Below are positions 48,387 through 63,707 of a DNA stretch of 64,000 nucleotides, one piece after another. How positions within the stretch are numbered: the first letter of the stretch is position 1; each line of letters begins with the position of its first letter. A program made the translations under genes and the position numbers. Source of the DNA: Lama glama (taxonomy: Eukaryota); the NCBI GenBank assembly GCA_028534125.1, contig CM052816.1, positions 97,900,001 through 97,964,000 of the forward strand. The letters run 5' to 3'. The notes under the pieces are model-generated. The model was given only the letters and a program-made list of their open reading frames with translations, searched no databases and was not told the DNA's origin.

Positions 48387-51300
48387 TGAGTATAACAAGG
48401 CTTCATCCTTCTGGATATTTCTGTGGGATTTTAATTTTGGCACTTGAATATATTTCTTGGTAATGTGTTTAACATTGACATGAAAGGACCTAAATATACT
48501 TTTCAGACATTCTCTTGTTCTTTTTTCCCAGTGATTTTTATTGCTGTTACTTCACTCTGGGGTACAAGTTTTCATATGTGATTTGCAACAGTCTGTGTAA
48601 AGTCTTGGGTTCAGTTAATTTTTCCAAGTCAACCCAGCCTCTTTCCTTCCTTGATGTTACCATTTCCACCATTTCCATTGAAACCCCTTGTCTTCACGTC
48701 GGAACTGTTGGAGATTTAATGTTTTGTTGCAGGGCCTGGCAGTAAGGTCAGGTAAGGGTCCCAGGATGGGAAACGGAGTGCAGCCAGCATTCAGTTTACA
48801 GATCACTTGGTTTATTGCACGCCCCCACCCGATACAGCAGAGGTTAGTCCCAGAAATAAGAAAAGGAAAGGAAGTGACGAGCCATTCTGAAGAGGCATCT
48901 GGGAAGGAGACGTCTTGGCATAAGTGCTGATCCCCTGTCCTGTACTGGGTCTGGAGGCAGGTGTGAGAGGGAGGCAGGTGTGAGTGGGAAGCCTTCTGCT
49001 CCAACAGTGCCTCCAGCAGCATCTGTCTGTCTATCTGGAGCAGCTCCTTGGCCTCCCAGGATCAGGTCTTGTGACTGAGCCTTCAAGCCTCGCCTCAGTG
49101 TCTTAGAGTCCATCAGTGAGTATAACTGGTGACACCCGGGGGTCTCTTTTCTATCAGTCGCCCCTTCTGTTCCAAACAGTCATCACGGCGGTGCACTAAC
49201 TTCGGCCACTCCATTTCGAACTATTTAACGTAGCCTAAAGTCATTTGAGATGAGTAGGAATCGCTTGATTAAAAATCAGTTCGCAGCCCTTAACCTGACA
49301 AAGGGTCACCAGGGCTGCTTCAGCCAATTCAGTCTACTGTCCCCAGGGCCCGGGCATACTCCTGTCCTTCCGGCTAACCCCCCTTTTTATTTTTTACTGT
49401 CCAGTAAGTGTCCTGTGGGTTGCTTGTTTTTCATGGTCCAGTTCAGGTCTCAGTTGTGTGAAGACAGCCTCTTCTGTCTTGTAAAAGGCTTGGCATAGTC
49501 AAGCACAAACCAAAGATGTGTCAAGCCCTGGGTTAATTTATAAATAGAGAAGTCATTAAAGTAAATTGTTTTAGTTCCACATCTCGGTATATCAACTTCG
49601 AGGTATTGAGAGTCCTCACAAAACAACAACAAAGTATTTTAAGTGATTGCTGTAAAAGGTGGATTTAACCAGCATTTCCTGGCAGCTTTGGAGGTTTTGA
49701 CTATTCAAGTGTTGGATGCTGTGTGTCCTCTTTGGATACCCATTAGTGATCATAGACCAAGGTCAGGTTCTCATTAATCATGGGTTATAGCTTTGCTTGC
49801 TTTTCATTCTTTTGTTGGCTATTTGAATTGCAGTGTCCATATCACAGATGTGTATAGCATACACGTTTTGAATGAATGCTCAAAGGCCAGATGCTAAAAT
49901 CAGATCAAGACCAAATGTCCGCATTGTAGAATGCATTTCTGGAGAAGGAATAAGTCTGCAGTATTAAGCCAAAAAATTTCATGATGGTTTTTTTTTGGTC
50001 AAACATTTTAGCTAGGTTTTAAAAGCTTGATCATTAGAGCACAGGAAAATGACTGAGGTGCTAGGGGGCTCCTGGTGGCCACGCACTGCGTGTCCGCTGT
50101 ACTGAGACCAGTGGGGAAGGAAGAGGCCTTTCCAGCTGCTGTGCTTGCAGCCTTGCCGGGTGAGGTAGCCCTCACACGGTGAGCTGCTTCCCCCCAGAGT
50201 GACCGGCTTATAGGCTGAGCACCTTTCCCAGGCCATGTTTTGGAGATTTGATTGGTGGTGCTGGCACTTGAAGTAGAGATTGTCTGATATTTTCAGAAGT
50301 AGGTTTGAGGCTGTCTTGGTGCACATTTCCATTTCGAATACTCTTGCCTCTGTTTGCCGCCTCACACTGTCACCTGAGAACATTTATTCCTTAGACCTTG
50401 GGTCCGGAAGGATGGCTTTTCCAGTGAGGGGAGTCTCTGACCGTCCTCTGCATCTGAGCAGGGGGAGGGGCTGGAAACATGCCTCCTGTGGGAAGGAGGT
50501 GCCTCTCTGGGAGCGTCCCTGTGAAGTTTTCTTTTGTGGGTTTCCAACAAATTTGGAAATTGGTCTCACTGTTTTTATTCTGCAAATTACAGTTCAGCTT
50601 TTGTTTATTCATCTCATTTTACAGCTGTTTTTCCCTCTTGAGTGAACTTTGGGTGTGGGTACAGAACAGGTCAACTCCCGGACCTCTTGGAAAGGCCCTG
50701 CGGGTGTCCGTGGTTGAAGACTGCTGGTGAATCTCTGCACGTTACTGTTGCTTTAATTTTCTGAACACACAACTGAAGTGTGGGAGCAACAGATTGTATG
50801 ATTTGGGTCCCTAATACTTACCTGTTCCCATTATCTGTGACAATCACGTGATGGTTTTATTCTGTAAACATTTATTCAGTCAGATTCACTAGTCAAGTGT
50901 AGGCTACTCATAAAGCAGTGAGCAAGTAAAGCAGAGACTGAAGACCTCTAGTGGTTTTCTGTATTGCTCTAAATACAGAACTAGGTCACATAATACTCTT
51001 TTAAACTTCTGATACCTAGCAGAATATAATACAGGAGAAATATTTTTTGGGAACCACGTTTTCTAGAAGGAGTGTTACGTATAGGACTCATAGCTTGGGA
51101 AGATTTCATTTTTTTTCTTACTTTCCTTAGACTAGGATCTGTAAGAAAACTACCCTAAAGCATGTTTTAAAGGCCTTGTTTTGACAATCAGTTGTTGAGA
51201 ACATAACCTTACTGCCATTCTGTTTATGTTCTTTTTAATTTTCAGATTGAAGATGGTTTGTCATAGATGCTGTATATACTTAGAAAGACTTTTTTCCCCA

Positions 51301-53060
51301 TAATTTTTGAGGTGTAAAGGTGACAGTGGTGCTTTTAATTTATCCTTGAAAGACATGACAAGTTTCCAAACAGGATTTTAAAGCTCAAGAGCTAAATTTG
51401 AATTACGTAACTATAAATAGTTTTTTTAAAGATTATTTGATGTTTAAACCTGCAGAGATTTTATTAAACATTTGTTAGCTCAAAAGTTACTCGTAAAGCT
51501 GCATAAGAAATACACTTTTTTATTTTACCTGTCAGTCTGTTTTTGTATTTAACTGTTGAAAGTTCTCAGCTATTTTTTCAAAAGATTCACAGCTTTCACA
51601 ATCATAACAACTTAGAATAGAATTTTAATCTTACAATGGGAAGTTTACATTCTAGCTACTAGAAATTCAACCTGTGAGGCATCTATGGAACTGTTGGCTC
51701 AAGTTATATCTTAGACTGCCGTCTGTATTTGAAAATGAAAACCGAGGGAGGTGCAGTAAGTAATCATAGGTGACACTCAAATTAAGGTGTTGTGCTGGTT
51801 TGGGAAGGCAGTGACCCCATGTGTGCTGTCTTTGGTCACAGACAGTCCAAGGTTGCCAGGTATCAGATAAAAGCAGGTGTTTGTCAGCAAAGTTTGCATC
51901 TGGACGCCAGGCTCCTCGCAGCCCTACAGCTGGAGCCATTCACCTTTAGTGAGGCCAAAGTGAGCATTTAAAGTGACACTCTTTAATTGCCTGATAAGTG
52001 TGATTGCATTTTGATTTTGTAATTTTGAAACAGGTTAAATATTGAGGAGGGAACCAGTTAAAAGCTCGGGGACAGTTGGAGGGTGGCCGTTAGCAGATTC
52101 AGCCAGTTTAACCATCAGTATTTGGTAGAAAGCACTCTTCAGATGTATCTCGTAACATCATGACAGTCGAGCATGTCTTCACATCTTAAACCTGAGTTTG
52201 TTTTTGTCAGTCACTCAAACTTTCAGAGCAGTCAGATGTGTATTTTTCAAACGTTCCGGTTTCATTTTTATGGATGTCCCCTTAGCACGTGGAAACATGG
52301 TGACCTTGCATTGTTAAATTGAGCTCGCCATGAAACCTCAGGTTTAACAATAGGGGCAGTGAGATTTGTCACCGAGTGCCATGGGATGCTCGGTGTGGGC
52401 CCATGTGTCCTGTCAGTGTGCTGCATGTGCAGGTGGAGCCCAGAGGACAGGTGCAAGCACACATTTCCTAATCAGTGACGTCATCATTTATAAAGTTCAG
52501 ATAAAGTCACAGAAATGACAGGAGATGCTTTGTGTATAAACAGCAACCTTGGAGCTCAAATTAGTACATTGATGATTTCCAGGGTTTTTTGGTGTGTAAA
52601 ATGTTTCAGTGCGTGGCTGGACTGGTTTGCTTTGGAAATAGTGAAAAATGTAGTAACAAAGATTGCAGGCAGGTGTTTGTCAGACATTCTGATACCTGCT
52701 CTATGGCACTGCTTTGATTCTGTGTGATCTGCACCTTAATTCGTCATCTGATGTTTCCTGTTGACCTCTATGCTGGTAACTTACCACAGTGGAGAGCAGA
52801 GGTGTCTCCACTTTTTCATCTGATCTTGAACGTTTATTACTATAATTTCTCAGTCATATCATGTGTTTATGTCTCTTATAACCCCCCAGGCTCCCCCTCC
52901 CCAGCCCACAGCAGATACGTGATACAGTCGGAACCCTGCTCCTGTGCCCCAGTGACATCACGCAGTGCTGCTGGCTGCTCGAGAGGGCTGAGGGGGCAGC
53001 GGGCAGGACACACTTGAGTGTCTCACTTGGTTTATGACTTGTATAAGCAAAAAGTTGTGA

Positions 53061-53234
<174 letters not shown>

Positions 53235-53260
53235 TAGATTTGTTGGTTTCCTTGAAGCTT

Positions 53261-53503
53261 AATTTTATTTTATTTTTTTATTGAAGTATAGTTGATTTAT
53301 AATGTGTTAATTTCTGGTGTACAGCATAGTGATTCATTTTACATATATATATCCCTTTCCATATTCATTTTCATCACAGGCCATTACAAAGTATTAGTTA
53401 TAGTTTCTTGCGCTATATAGTATGACCCTGTTGTGTATCTATTTTATGTATATGTTAGTGTGTCTCTTCAAACCCCGACCTCCCAGTTTATCCCTGCCCA
53501 CCC
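53261..53503 (-). mobile_element. 5'-truncated L1 3' end with a 17-bp TSD, in NSUN2 intron 4
   Basis: TGGTTTCCTTGAAGCTT at 53244-53260 and 53504-53520; T-rich tail then TTGAAGTATAGTTGATTTATAATGTG (antisense L1 3'UTR). Confidence 0.9.
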
Positions 53504-54759
53504 TGGTTTCCTTGAAGCTTTAAATGCACACTAGTGTCATGGTTTCATTTGGATCATACTTGCCACTGGGAGCGATTAGGTAGATAAAGCATGCAGAGAA
53601 ACACCTGTGAGTGTGTGTGCGCCCCTCACTTCTGATCATTTGCATAGCTGTGTTTTGTTTGGCTCATCTAATCATGAGATGTCGGGAGGGCGCCATCACA
53701 GTTGTCTGTGTGGCTTTTTGTTTCTAGCCAGTCTGGGTTTGGGTGACTGCCGCCCTGAGGTGGGCGCAGTGCTCTGCGGGGTGGGGTCTCATTCAGGAGC
53801 CGCTGCTCTTTCCCCCTCACGCCCTTCTTAGGTGCGCCTGCCGGCTGGCTGCCATTCCTGCAGAAAAAGTAATACATTTTTAGGGCTGTGTTGTTTTATT
53901 AAAGTGAGACTTAAACTCATTTTTAACATTTCTGTTTTTTCCTGCTCTTGTCTAATTCCACCTTTGCCAAACAAACAACACCCAATTGTGACAACTTTGG
54001 TTCTCACAAAGCCATTATCTGTCTTCACCCCAACTCCTTTGCAATACAAAGTCCTTGATTGCAGTTCAGACACTGAACTTCTCACCTTTGGCATGAAATC
54101 TTCCCCAACAGAATAGCTGTCCCCTCACGCAGTACATGATCGAATGAATGCCTGTCAGGTTTGGATGTTGTGAGCTTTGCAGTTTCTTTTTTTGGGGATT
54201 CTTAATAGTCTCATATTTAACATCAGAAGCTCCCCCTTCCTGTTTTCTGATCTCCTTTTCCTAGCCAAGGAAACCTCTGTGTGTCACCAGGCAGTCTATT
54301 TCTTTCCCACTCTGAGCTGCCGTCTTCACCCAACAGCACTGGTGTGCTCCCCACCTTCCTTCCCTTGACGCCGTAACCAGCTTAGAGACCCTCCCCTCAC
54401 TCAGGTCTAACGTCTGCTCAGTCCAGCCGTTTCCGCTTGGCGTGGCTTTCCAGGCTCCTCTGCCTGGTTTTCCGCCTCCCCTCCCCTCCCCAAGGTAAGG
54501 AATAAACGGACCTCAGCACCTCCACGCAGCGGCTCTGTACTTGGGCCCACACAGGAGGGGTTCTCTGGCTCAGCTCTCCAACTAGTTGGAGGGTCGGGTA
54601 GGGATATGTGAGCTGTCGGAGAACAGTTTAGGTTTGGTCTTCAAAAGAGCAGACGGCTTGCAGGGGGCAGGGGCATGCACAGTTGAGCAGCTTGTGCAGA
54701 GCCGGGTTGGGGCAGCTCTGAAAGGTAGAGGACACGGGAGCTTAGCATTGGGGCGTATG

Positions 54760-55190
54760 TTACAGGGAACCTGTCCAGATTTTTGACTGGAGTCAGCAGA
54801 AAGAGATACTTTCTGGGTTATCAAGACCTGGATGCAGAGCGCGTTTATGAATGCAGTGACTGACTGCCAGGGTGTCTAGCCAAGGGCCCAACAGCCCCAT
54901 CCCCCGTTAATGCGTTAATTGAAAACTTGGGTGAAAACAGAAGGCAGGCTTATCAGAATCACAAGTATAACCCAGAGCTTGGAATCAGTGCCTGGCGAGT
55001 CCATCACAGTTTAATCCTCACAAAGGCGCTTTGCTGGCCAGAAACCCATGAGGTGAAAATTAACGGGTGTGACTGGAAGGAAGCCTGTGTTTAGGTTCCG
55101 ATAGCCAATTGCGAAGTATCAGGTGAGCGACGCGGCTTGGATGGCTGTTCAAGTGCAGGAGACCCGGGTTGTAATAGAGCTGAAGCCTGG
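54760..55190 (+). mobile_element. Ancient L3/CR1 LINE fragment
   Basis: GTGAAAATTAACGGG...GCCTGTGTTTAGGTTCC...CAATTGCGAAGTATCAGG...GGCTTGGATGGCTGTTCAAGTG resembles the C-terminal RT region of CR1/L3. Confidence 0.5.
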
Positions 55191-55886
55191 TGGTTCAGGT
55201 GGTTTTCACAGCTTTTTTTTTTTTATTAATGTTCGGTCCTAAGGCTGTTTAAATAGAGTTGTGGTTGAGACAAGTGCTGGATTTCACCAAGGAAATTTGT
55301 CTGAATCTGAGCAGTTGTACGTTTTAACAGACCTGCTGACCCTGCAGTGAAGGTGGGGAGGGTGGTCGGTTCAGTGCTGCTTGGCCTCCGCGAGGAAGGA
55401 GAGGAGCAGTGGTTGATGTCTTCATCCTTCTGAGAGGCACTTCCCGGGAACAGGAGGCAGGCATGAGCTGTTCCCGGGAACAGGAGACTACAAACAGAAG
55501 TTAGGGCTTCAGCCAGGAGGGAAAGCGCCCTGACCGTGACCTGTGCTGGGCCCCTGGGGCTGCTCCCTGCGGCTGAAGGCGTTTCAGTAGCATCGCCTGC
55601 CCTTGAGACGCTCATCCAGCTGCTGTACTTTCTCTTACAGAACTTGCTTGTCACACTCGAACTTCTAACATTCTGATGCTAAGTTTCGGTATCCATCATC
55701 ATCCTTACTTAGCCTTTAGGCAGCAGCCATTTATCCACAAGGGTACAGATCTGTCATATTTACTGTTTGTGTGACAGTACTGACCGTTCTGTTCTGTGTG
55801 TGACTCTGTGGTTTTTTCCTGTTGCATTGGAAATAATGCCCAGTATTGAAATTTTCGCCTTTTTGAATGTCATAGCTGGTTTTTAA

Positions 55887-55991
<105 letters not shown>

Positions 55992-56693
55992 TAGAAAATC
56001 GCAGTGGGTAAGCTGCTGCCGGAGTCTGTGTTTTGTTGAGACCTTTTTTCCTTAATATCGTCTTTTTTGCCCCTTTTTGCTTTGGGTATAGTGGAGAGTG
56101 ATATATATTTTATTTCAGATTCCTTTTGCAATTTTTGCAACTCAGATAGCTGTTCAGGTTTATTCGTTTGTTTACCTACTACCCAGATTGTCCTCCGTGT
56201 TCCTGATTGACTAAGTCAGGTTGAAAATCACATGTACAGAGAGCAGTGCTCTGGGTTCTTTCCACAAATGAGTTTGCTTTATTACGCACACATCCCTGTG
56301 AGAGGAGATGCTGCCACCCTCCCCATTTTTCCGGATGGGGAGAAGGTGGCAGAGGAAAGTGGAGAGAACTGGCCTCGGGTGCCGAGCTCGTCGTCCGAGG
56401 CTGAGCTGAGACGTGAGCCCAGCTGGCTCTGCGCCTTGGTGTTATGTGACCGTGCTGCTCGCGTTTGCTGCCTGTGCTCATCCTGGGTTTCCTCGTTCGC
56501 TTAATTGGCCATTAAGGGCCGTTGTCTTCCTGTCCCCTGTGGAGTCCCCTGTCTGTCCTTCTGTGGTTTGGGGGCATTATATATCATGAGAGCCCTGTAA
56601 GGTAAGTATAACGTGCTCTAAATTCATTGTATGAAGAAATGTATGTAAGTCTTCAAATAGAAATGAAAAAATAGTGTTAAGTTATAAATTTAA

Positions 56694-56870
<177 letters not shown>

Positions 56871-57920
56871 TAGACAAGGAAATGGGCATAACATGGCCTG
56901 ACGCCTCCTGTGTCAAGCAGGTGGGTTTTCTGTCTCTGAAGGTAGAGCTGGATGCTGTGCGCCCCGTCACTGTACTCGGGCCGCGCGTCACTGTGGGGAG
57001 GGGACCTTCGTCGTAGCGACGTGGGGCCTCAGGCCTGAGCTTGCAGGACAGCATGTGAGGTTGCGAAGTGCTCAGGGAACGGCAGCTGACACAGTGCCGC
57101 TGACGCTCCTCTAGGGATCCTTGTGAGGAGCGTAGCTGTTCGTGGCGGCGTTAGTCTTCTAATGCTTCAGCCTACCCTTGTCCCCTCCTGCTGCCTTTCT
57201 TTTTGGCCAGCTGCTCTAGTTCTGCTTTAATGCTTATTGGCTGTGTTTTTTCAAAAGTCCTCTTTACTGTGGTAAATCTTTCCTAAAAAGTTTTCTGTAT
57301 TCTTCCCTACTTTTAAGTGCTTTCTCCAGAATTGGTAGAAGAGAGCTTCGTCCTATTATTAATATTTTATGTTTCATATTGTTTGAAGAGTCCTATTGAT
57401 CAAAACATTATTAGGCATGTTTGTCATCTGCCTTTTTGCTGGTGGTGACGGAGGCGGTGCTCAGCAAACCTGCCAGCAGTGCCCTTAGACTGGGTGCTGA
57501 CCCGCCCCCGACCCCCAGCAGGCTGACGCGGAGCCTCGGCCCCGCCCCGTGGGTCTGATGCACGGAGTCTAGGACAGAGCCCAGCGCACGTGCACCGTTG
57601 TGATCACTTGTCAGTGATGCGGTTGTCTTCCACATCTTTCTCTCTTCACCCTCCTTTTTACTTATTACTAGTAATAGAAAAGTCATTTTTGGCACAATAA
57701 TTGGTACAAAGTGAATAATTGTTGAACAGATGAATTCTGAAGTTTTGAAATTTTAAGTGGCTGTAAGATTCACGCCGAGCCACCTGGCTCCTTCTGGACT
57801 GCTTCCGTAGTTCTAGTAAATCTTAAGCTCGCTCTTAGGTTTGGTGGGTTGCCCTTCTCACCCGCCGACCTAGGTTAGGTACTTCAGGGAGTTGTTCCGC
57901 TCACACTGCCTTTCACCTGA

Positions 57921-58187
<267 letters not shown>

Positions 58188-59943
58188 TAGTCTAAAATGA
58201 AGCTACACGTGAACAGAACACTCAGGTAATTGCACGTATGAATCTTGGGGCAACTGACTTGAAGAGAGAGACATTGTGAGCCTAAATCAGAAGACAGACA
58301 CTCGGCTTCAGTGATAAACTGGACAGCTGACAACACAGAACAAAGAGATCGGAAAGAGGTGGTTTTGATAGTCTTAGAAGAGAGAGAAAGAAAACACTTG
58401 AGGGGAGGTAGCATCGTACGCTCTGGTCAGGGGCGTCTCGGTGTTGGTGCTGCCAGTGACCTCGTCCCGGGGAGTGTAATCGTGGGACTTGCGGTGAGGA
58501 TGGACGGCGCTTGGCCGTGACTCATCCGTGATCACGGTAGGTTCTGATGGTCAGTCTCATGCTATTTGGCACAGTGCGGTTCAGGAGGTCAGACCTTGGG
58601 AAAACTCATGTGTATTTGTACACATACCTTTTGTTAAATTTTTCATACTAATTTTAGATGTTTATAGCTTAACTATGAAAGAATTTCATGGCATAGCTGA
58701 ATAACTGAATTTTTCCAAAAGAAAAGAAGAATGTTAAAGACGTCTGTGAAGTTCTTGGAGGCAGCGACGTAGGTGGGGATGTCGCAGTGTTTGATACTTT
58801 CTGAACACACGACTTTGTCGAGACGGTAGCGCAGGAGCTGCCACCGGACTTGGTTACATGAACCAGGGTTTAAATCTGACCCATCGCTATTAAATCCCAT
58901 CTTATTTAAACAAGGGGCAGATTTACGGCTGGTGGCAGAGCTCAGTTTGAAAGTCGTAGCTGGCAGCACTGAGTGTGACCAAGTGTCAAGTGCCTGAGAG
59001 AATTCCCCATTACAGAAAAATCAGATGTAAGTCATGAGCTACATTCTTTTCTTTTGAGATTGCAGTTTTTTCATTTTCCTTTGGATCAGATAATTTCCCA
59101 CTACTATATTCTGTTGATTAGAAATATATTGTGAGAATGACATGACCTCTTGAGCTCTGAGTTGTGAGGTGAAGAAATTCCTCAAATTATGGTAGAGTTC
59201 CAGCCACCACCACACAAGCAGGACAAGCAGGGGTGCCGTTTGAAAGCCATCATGTCTCACAGGGCAGTTCATCCTGCAGGCCCTTCAGCTTCAGGACATG
59301 TGGCTAGAAACCAAGGAAAATTGACTTTTACAGAGAAAGCCAGAGACACAGGAATTATTCCAAAAAATCTCAGTAGATAAAATCAGACATGGACAGAACA
59401 ATTAATTGATCAACTCTGTGTTATAATGTATATGGACATAATCACCCCTTTAAATAAAAACGGAAATTTAAGAATGTTTAACTGTGATATATACAAATAT
59501 CTTGGTAAAGAAATTAAATTGGCTTAATTGAATTTGCTGTGGAAATCCCTTGTAAGTTTATCATCATTCATGTAATTCTGATTAAAACGCTGCTGTTGGT
59601 TAGCTGAGTTTCTAAGTAGCAGGATCAAATGCTTTGTATGTATTCGTGGTTCTTGTCCTGGGTCTGTAGGTTTGTTTTGCTAGTATTTCAAGTAGAAGCA
59701 AGTTACTCTCTCAAGTGTTGAGTGAGGTTTCCTTCTCAAATCTTTATTTCCTTACTGAATTGAAATCAAAGTATAATTAGAAAGTTTAACATATATTAGA
59801 GTGGCTCCAAAACAGAAATAGAAAGTTTATTGTCATTTGTGAGAAGTTAGGTTGTTTTCTTTACTAATAGCACCTGTTTTGTGGGTTAGCTGGAATATGA
59901 CATATTTGTTGAGCGCTCATTGTCTACCTGTGCAGAGTTTTAA

Positions 59944-60045
<102 letters not shown>

Positions 60046-61065
60046 TGAGTGCAGCCGCGTGCCTGGTAGCATTGTCGGGCTGAGAGGTGGCGAAGGTTGA
60101 AGGTGGTTACCTGAGCACCCAGATCTCCAGCTGCCCGACCGTGAGCCACAGAGTCAGTGGCCACCTTCATGAGGGTTTGCTTATTTGTCAGTTGTTTCTA
60201 AAACCTTTCAAGAGTAGTAAACTGAAGACTGTACATTTTAGGTACACATTTATTGAAAACGCCTTTTATAAAAATTTCCTGTAACATTTCAAATATGCTT
60301 TCCATGAAATGACCATTTTGTACTAATATTTCTCCACTTCGTGTTTAATTCTTTTGTGTTAAATTATTTTGCTCAACATTTTGATCTCCTAGAAATATTT
60401 TTTGGTTGTCTTTACAGAAAATTTGTTTAAAGGGAAAAGAAAATCTTATACCTCAAAGATAATGCCTGTGATGCCTCTAGTGTGCTGCGGTGTTTTGTGG
60501 GCACGGGGATTTTTAAAGTACCTGCTTTGAATGTACTGTCTGTAGAGCTGTGTTCTTTTTTCTCATTTACCATTAAAATTATACAAATGCAGGACAGGGT
60601 GATGTAACGTGTACTAATGAATATTCACCATAAATAACTCTGGGAGGAAATTTTGTTTCTCTGTTAAAAACTTAACTACTGTTTTCAAGAAACAGGCATT
60701 TAGGATAGAATTACTACAGGATACAAACTATTCATAGAAAAAAAATCAAATATTTTATAAGTATGGAGGCCTTTTAAATAGTGAAATTGACCCAATATAT
60801 TGAATTCCTTGTTAATGAGCTTTACGCTTTGCTTGTTGACGTGTTGGGAAAGGTTAACAGAGTAGTAACAATTTTTACATAAATAGATGCTTTTTTAAAA
60901 TTAAGGTGTAACATCTTGTATAGGTTTATTCTAACTCTGTTTAGAACCCTAAAGTTTTGCTTTGTTTTTTTTTTTTAACATGGGACTTGTTTTGTCTGAA
61001 GTATTTTATATCTTAAGTCTGTCATAGAATTTGTGATAAACACATGCTGTGATAGGTGCCCGTGA

Positions 61066-61353
<288 letters not shown>

Positions 61354-61554
61354 TAAATTGCTCTAATGTATTTTCCTATAGACCTCTTCCATATTTGCAT
61401 ATATGATTAGCCTATAAACCCTAAAATGAGGTGTCCCTGATTTAAAACATGTATATAATGTATTTGTTGTATTTCATGAATTACAAGGTTTGCCCTTTTT
61501 ACTTCTCTAAGCTTGAAGGATTGTAGAAGATCCTTATTGCACTGTTTTTTTCCC

Positions 61555-62400
61555 TAAATTTGATGGTAAAACGCACATAACTTTAAATTTACCATCTTAA
61601 CTATTTTTAAATACACAGTTCAGTGGTGTTAAGTACATTCATACTGTTGTGTAGGCAATTTCCAGAGCTCTTCATCTTGCAGGACTGCAATTCTGGACCT
61701 GTTAAACAATTCCCCAGTATCCCCTCCGCACCGCTGTGTTCTGTCTCTGAGTTTGACCACTCTAGGGGTCTCGCATGAGTGGAAGCATGCAGTGTGTGTC
61801 TTTTTGTGACTGACTGGCTCATTTCATTTAGGATAACATCCTCGAGGTTTATCCCTATTATGTCATGTATCAGACGTCCTTCCTTTCTATATCATGTATA
61901 TCATGTATCATATTTCATGTATCATATATCCTATATCATGTATCAGAGCGTTCTTCCTTTCTATATCATGTATATCATGTATCATATATCATATATCATG
62001 TATCGTATATCATATATCATGTATCAGAACGTCCTTCCTTTCTAAAGAAGGCTGGAAGTACTCCACTGTCGGTACAGAACGTGGTTTCTTTATCCGTTCA
62101 TCTGTTGAGGGACAGTCGGGTTGCTCCCGCATTTTAGCTGTTGTGAATAACTCTGCTGTGAACGTGCACAGATGACTCCTTGAGTCCCTGCCCTCAGGGA
62201 CTTTCAGTGGTATACACAAGTGGAATTGTCGCATCCTTTGGCGTATCTGTGTTGTCTTTTTGAGGGCCCGCCTTACTGTTTTCCACGGCAGCTGCACCAT
62301 TTTACATTCCCACCAACAGTGCACAGGAGTTCCAGTTTCTCCACACTCAGCACTGGTTTTCTGTTTGTTTGGTAGTAGCCATCCTAGTGGGTGTGAGTTC
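61555..62400 (-). mobile_element. Old L1 3' region in NSUN2 intron 9
   Basis: ORF 62010-62324(-) MHCWWECKMVQLPWKTVRRALKK...FTAELFTTAK is L1 ORF2 C-terminal-like. Confidence 0.85.
61863..62044 (+). repeat. Compound tandem repeat (period ~73-81 bp) built from ATATC/ATGTATC micro-units, inside the L1
   Basis: TCATGTATCAGA(N)CGTYCTTCCTTTCTA recurs at 61863, 61936 and 62017, separated by (ATATC/ATGTATC)n. Confidence 0.85.
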
Positions 62401-63289
62401 TTATCACACTGTCTGTACTGAGGGACCAGATTGTATGAAATGTTCTGAAACAGCTGTTTTCATGTTTTGATGTTCAGTTATTATTTCTCCTTTTGTTTTC
62501 ACTGAAATTAACCTTTTCTATCAAATTCTTCTTAAAGCAAATAATGGGAAATTTCAAACTAACTACGTTTCCAGCATAGAATGCTACAAAGTTTTCTACT
62601 TAAGTGTGAAGCAAGTTGAAACGTAACAGTTGAAACACATGTGCGTTTCCCGGGGCGGCACCCACGACCATCTGGGCTTCCAGGGGGTTTCTCCTCGTGG
62701 CTGACGGAGCTGTGCTGTGTCGTCAGCCCTCTGACTGTTGGCACTGGTGGGATCCTTTAGACCTGAGTTTAATGTGTTGTTGGTTTTGCTGTACTTACAG
62801 AGACGTGATTTCTGAATCACGTGTTTTGCATGGTCATAATCTCCACGTCTTTGCTGGCGCTTTATTCCTGAAGGCATGTGAGGGAGACTGTGGATGGTGT
62901 CATTTCACAGTGAACGTAACCCCGAGTGTCCTGCTCTGTGATTATTTTCTTACCGGGCAGGTGGCTTTCCCGTCTTGAGTGTTGCTCTCACCGCTGTCTC
63001 TGCACGTGGTTGTTCAGACCGCACTGTAGATGCCTCAGCTCTCCTCTGTCAGAGGCATCCTGCGTGGACACGGCTTCATCGGAGAGGAGGCCTTTGCTGG
63101 GCCTTGTCCTCTGGGTTGTGGGGATTTTGACTGGAGGGAACATAAAGGCACGAAGACACAAACCATCTCACGGGTGTGTGTCTGGAAACCAGGAGGGGCT
63201 GAGCTCTGGGGGCCCTCGCCCTGTGTCGTGGACGGGCTGTCCTTGCTGTGGAGCCTCTCTGGGGTGCTTGGGGGGCTGTGCAGCCCCTC

Positions 63290-63707
<418 letters not shown>

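Noticed and set aside
61865..62175. Repetitive Tyr/His/Ile/Ser-rich ORFs
   Set aside because: Translations of the ATATC/ATGTATC tandem repeat.
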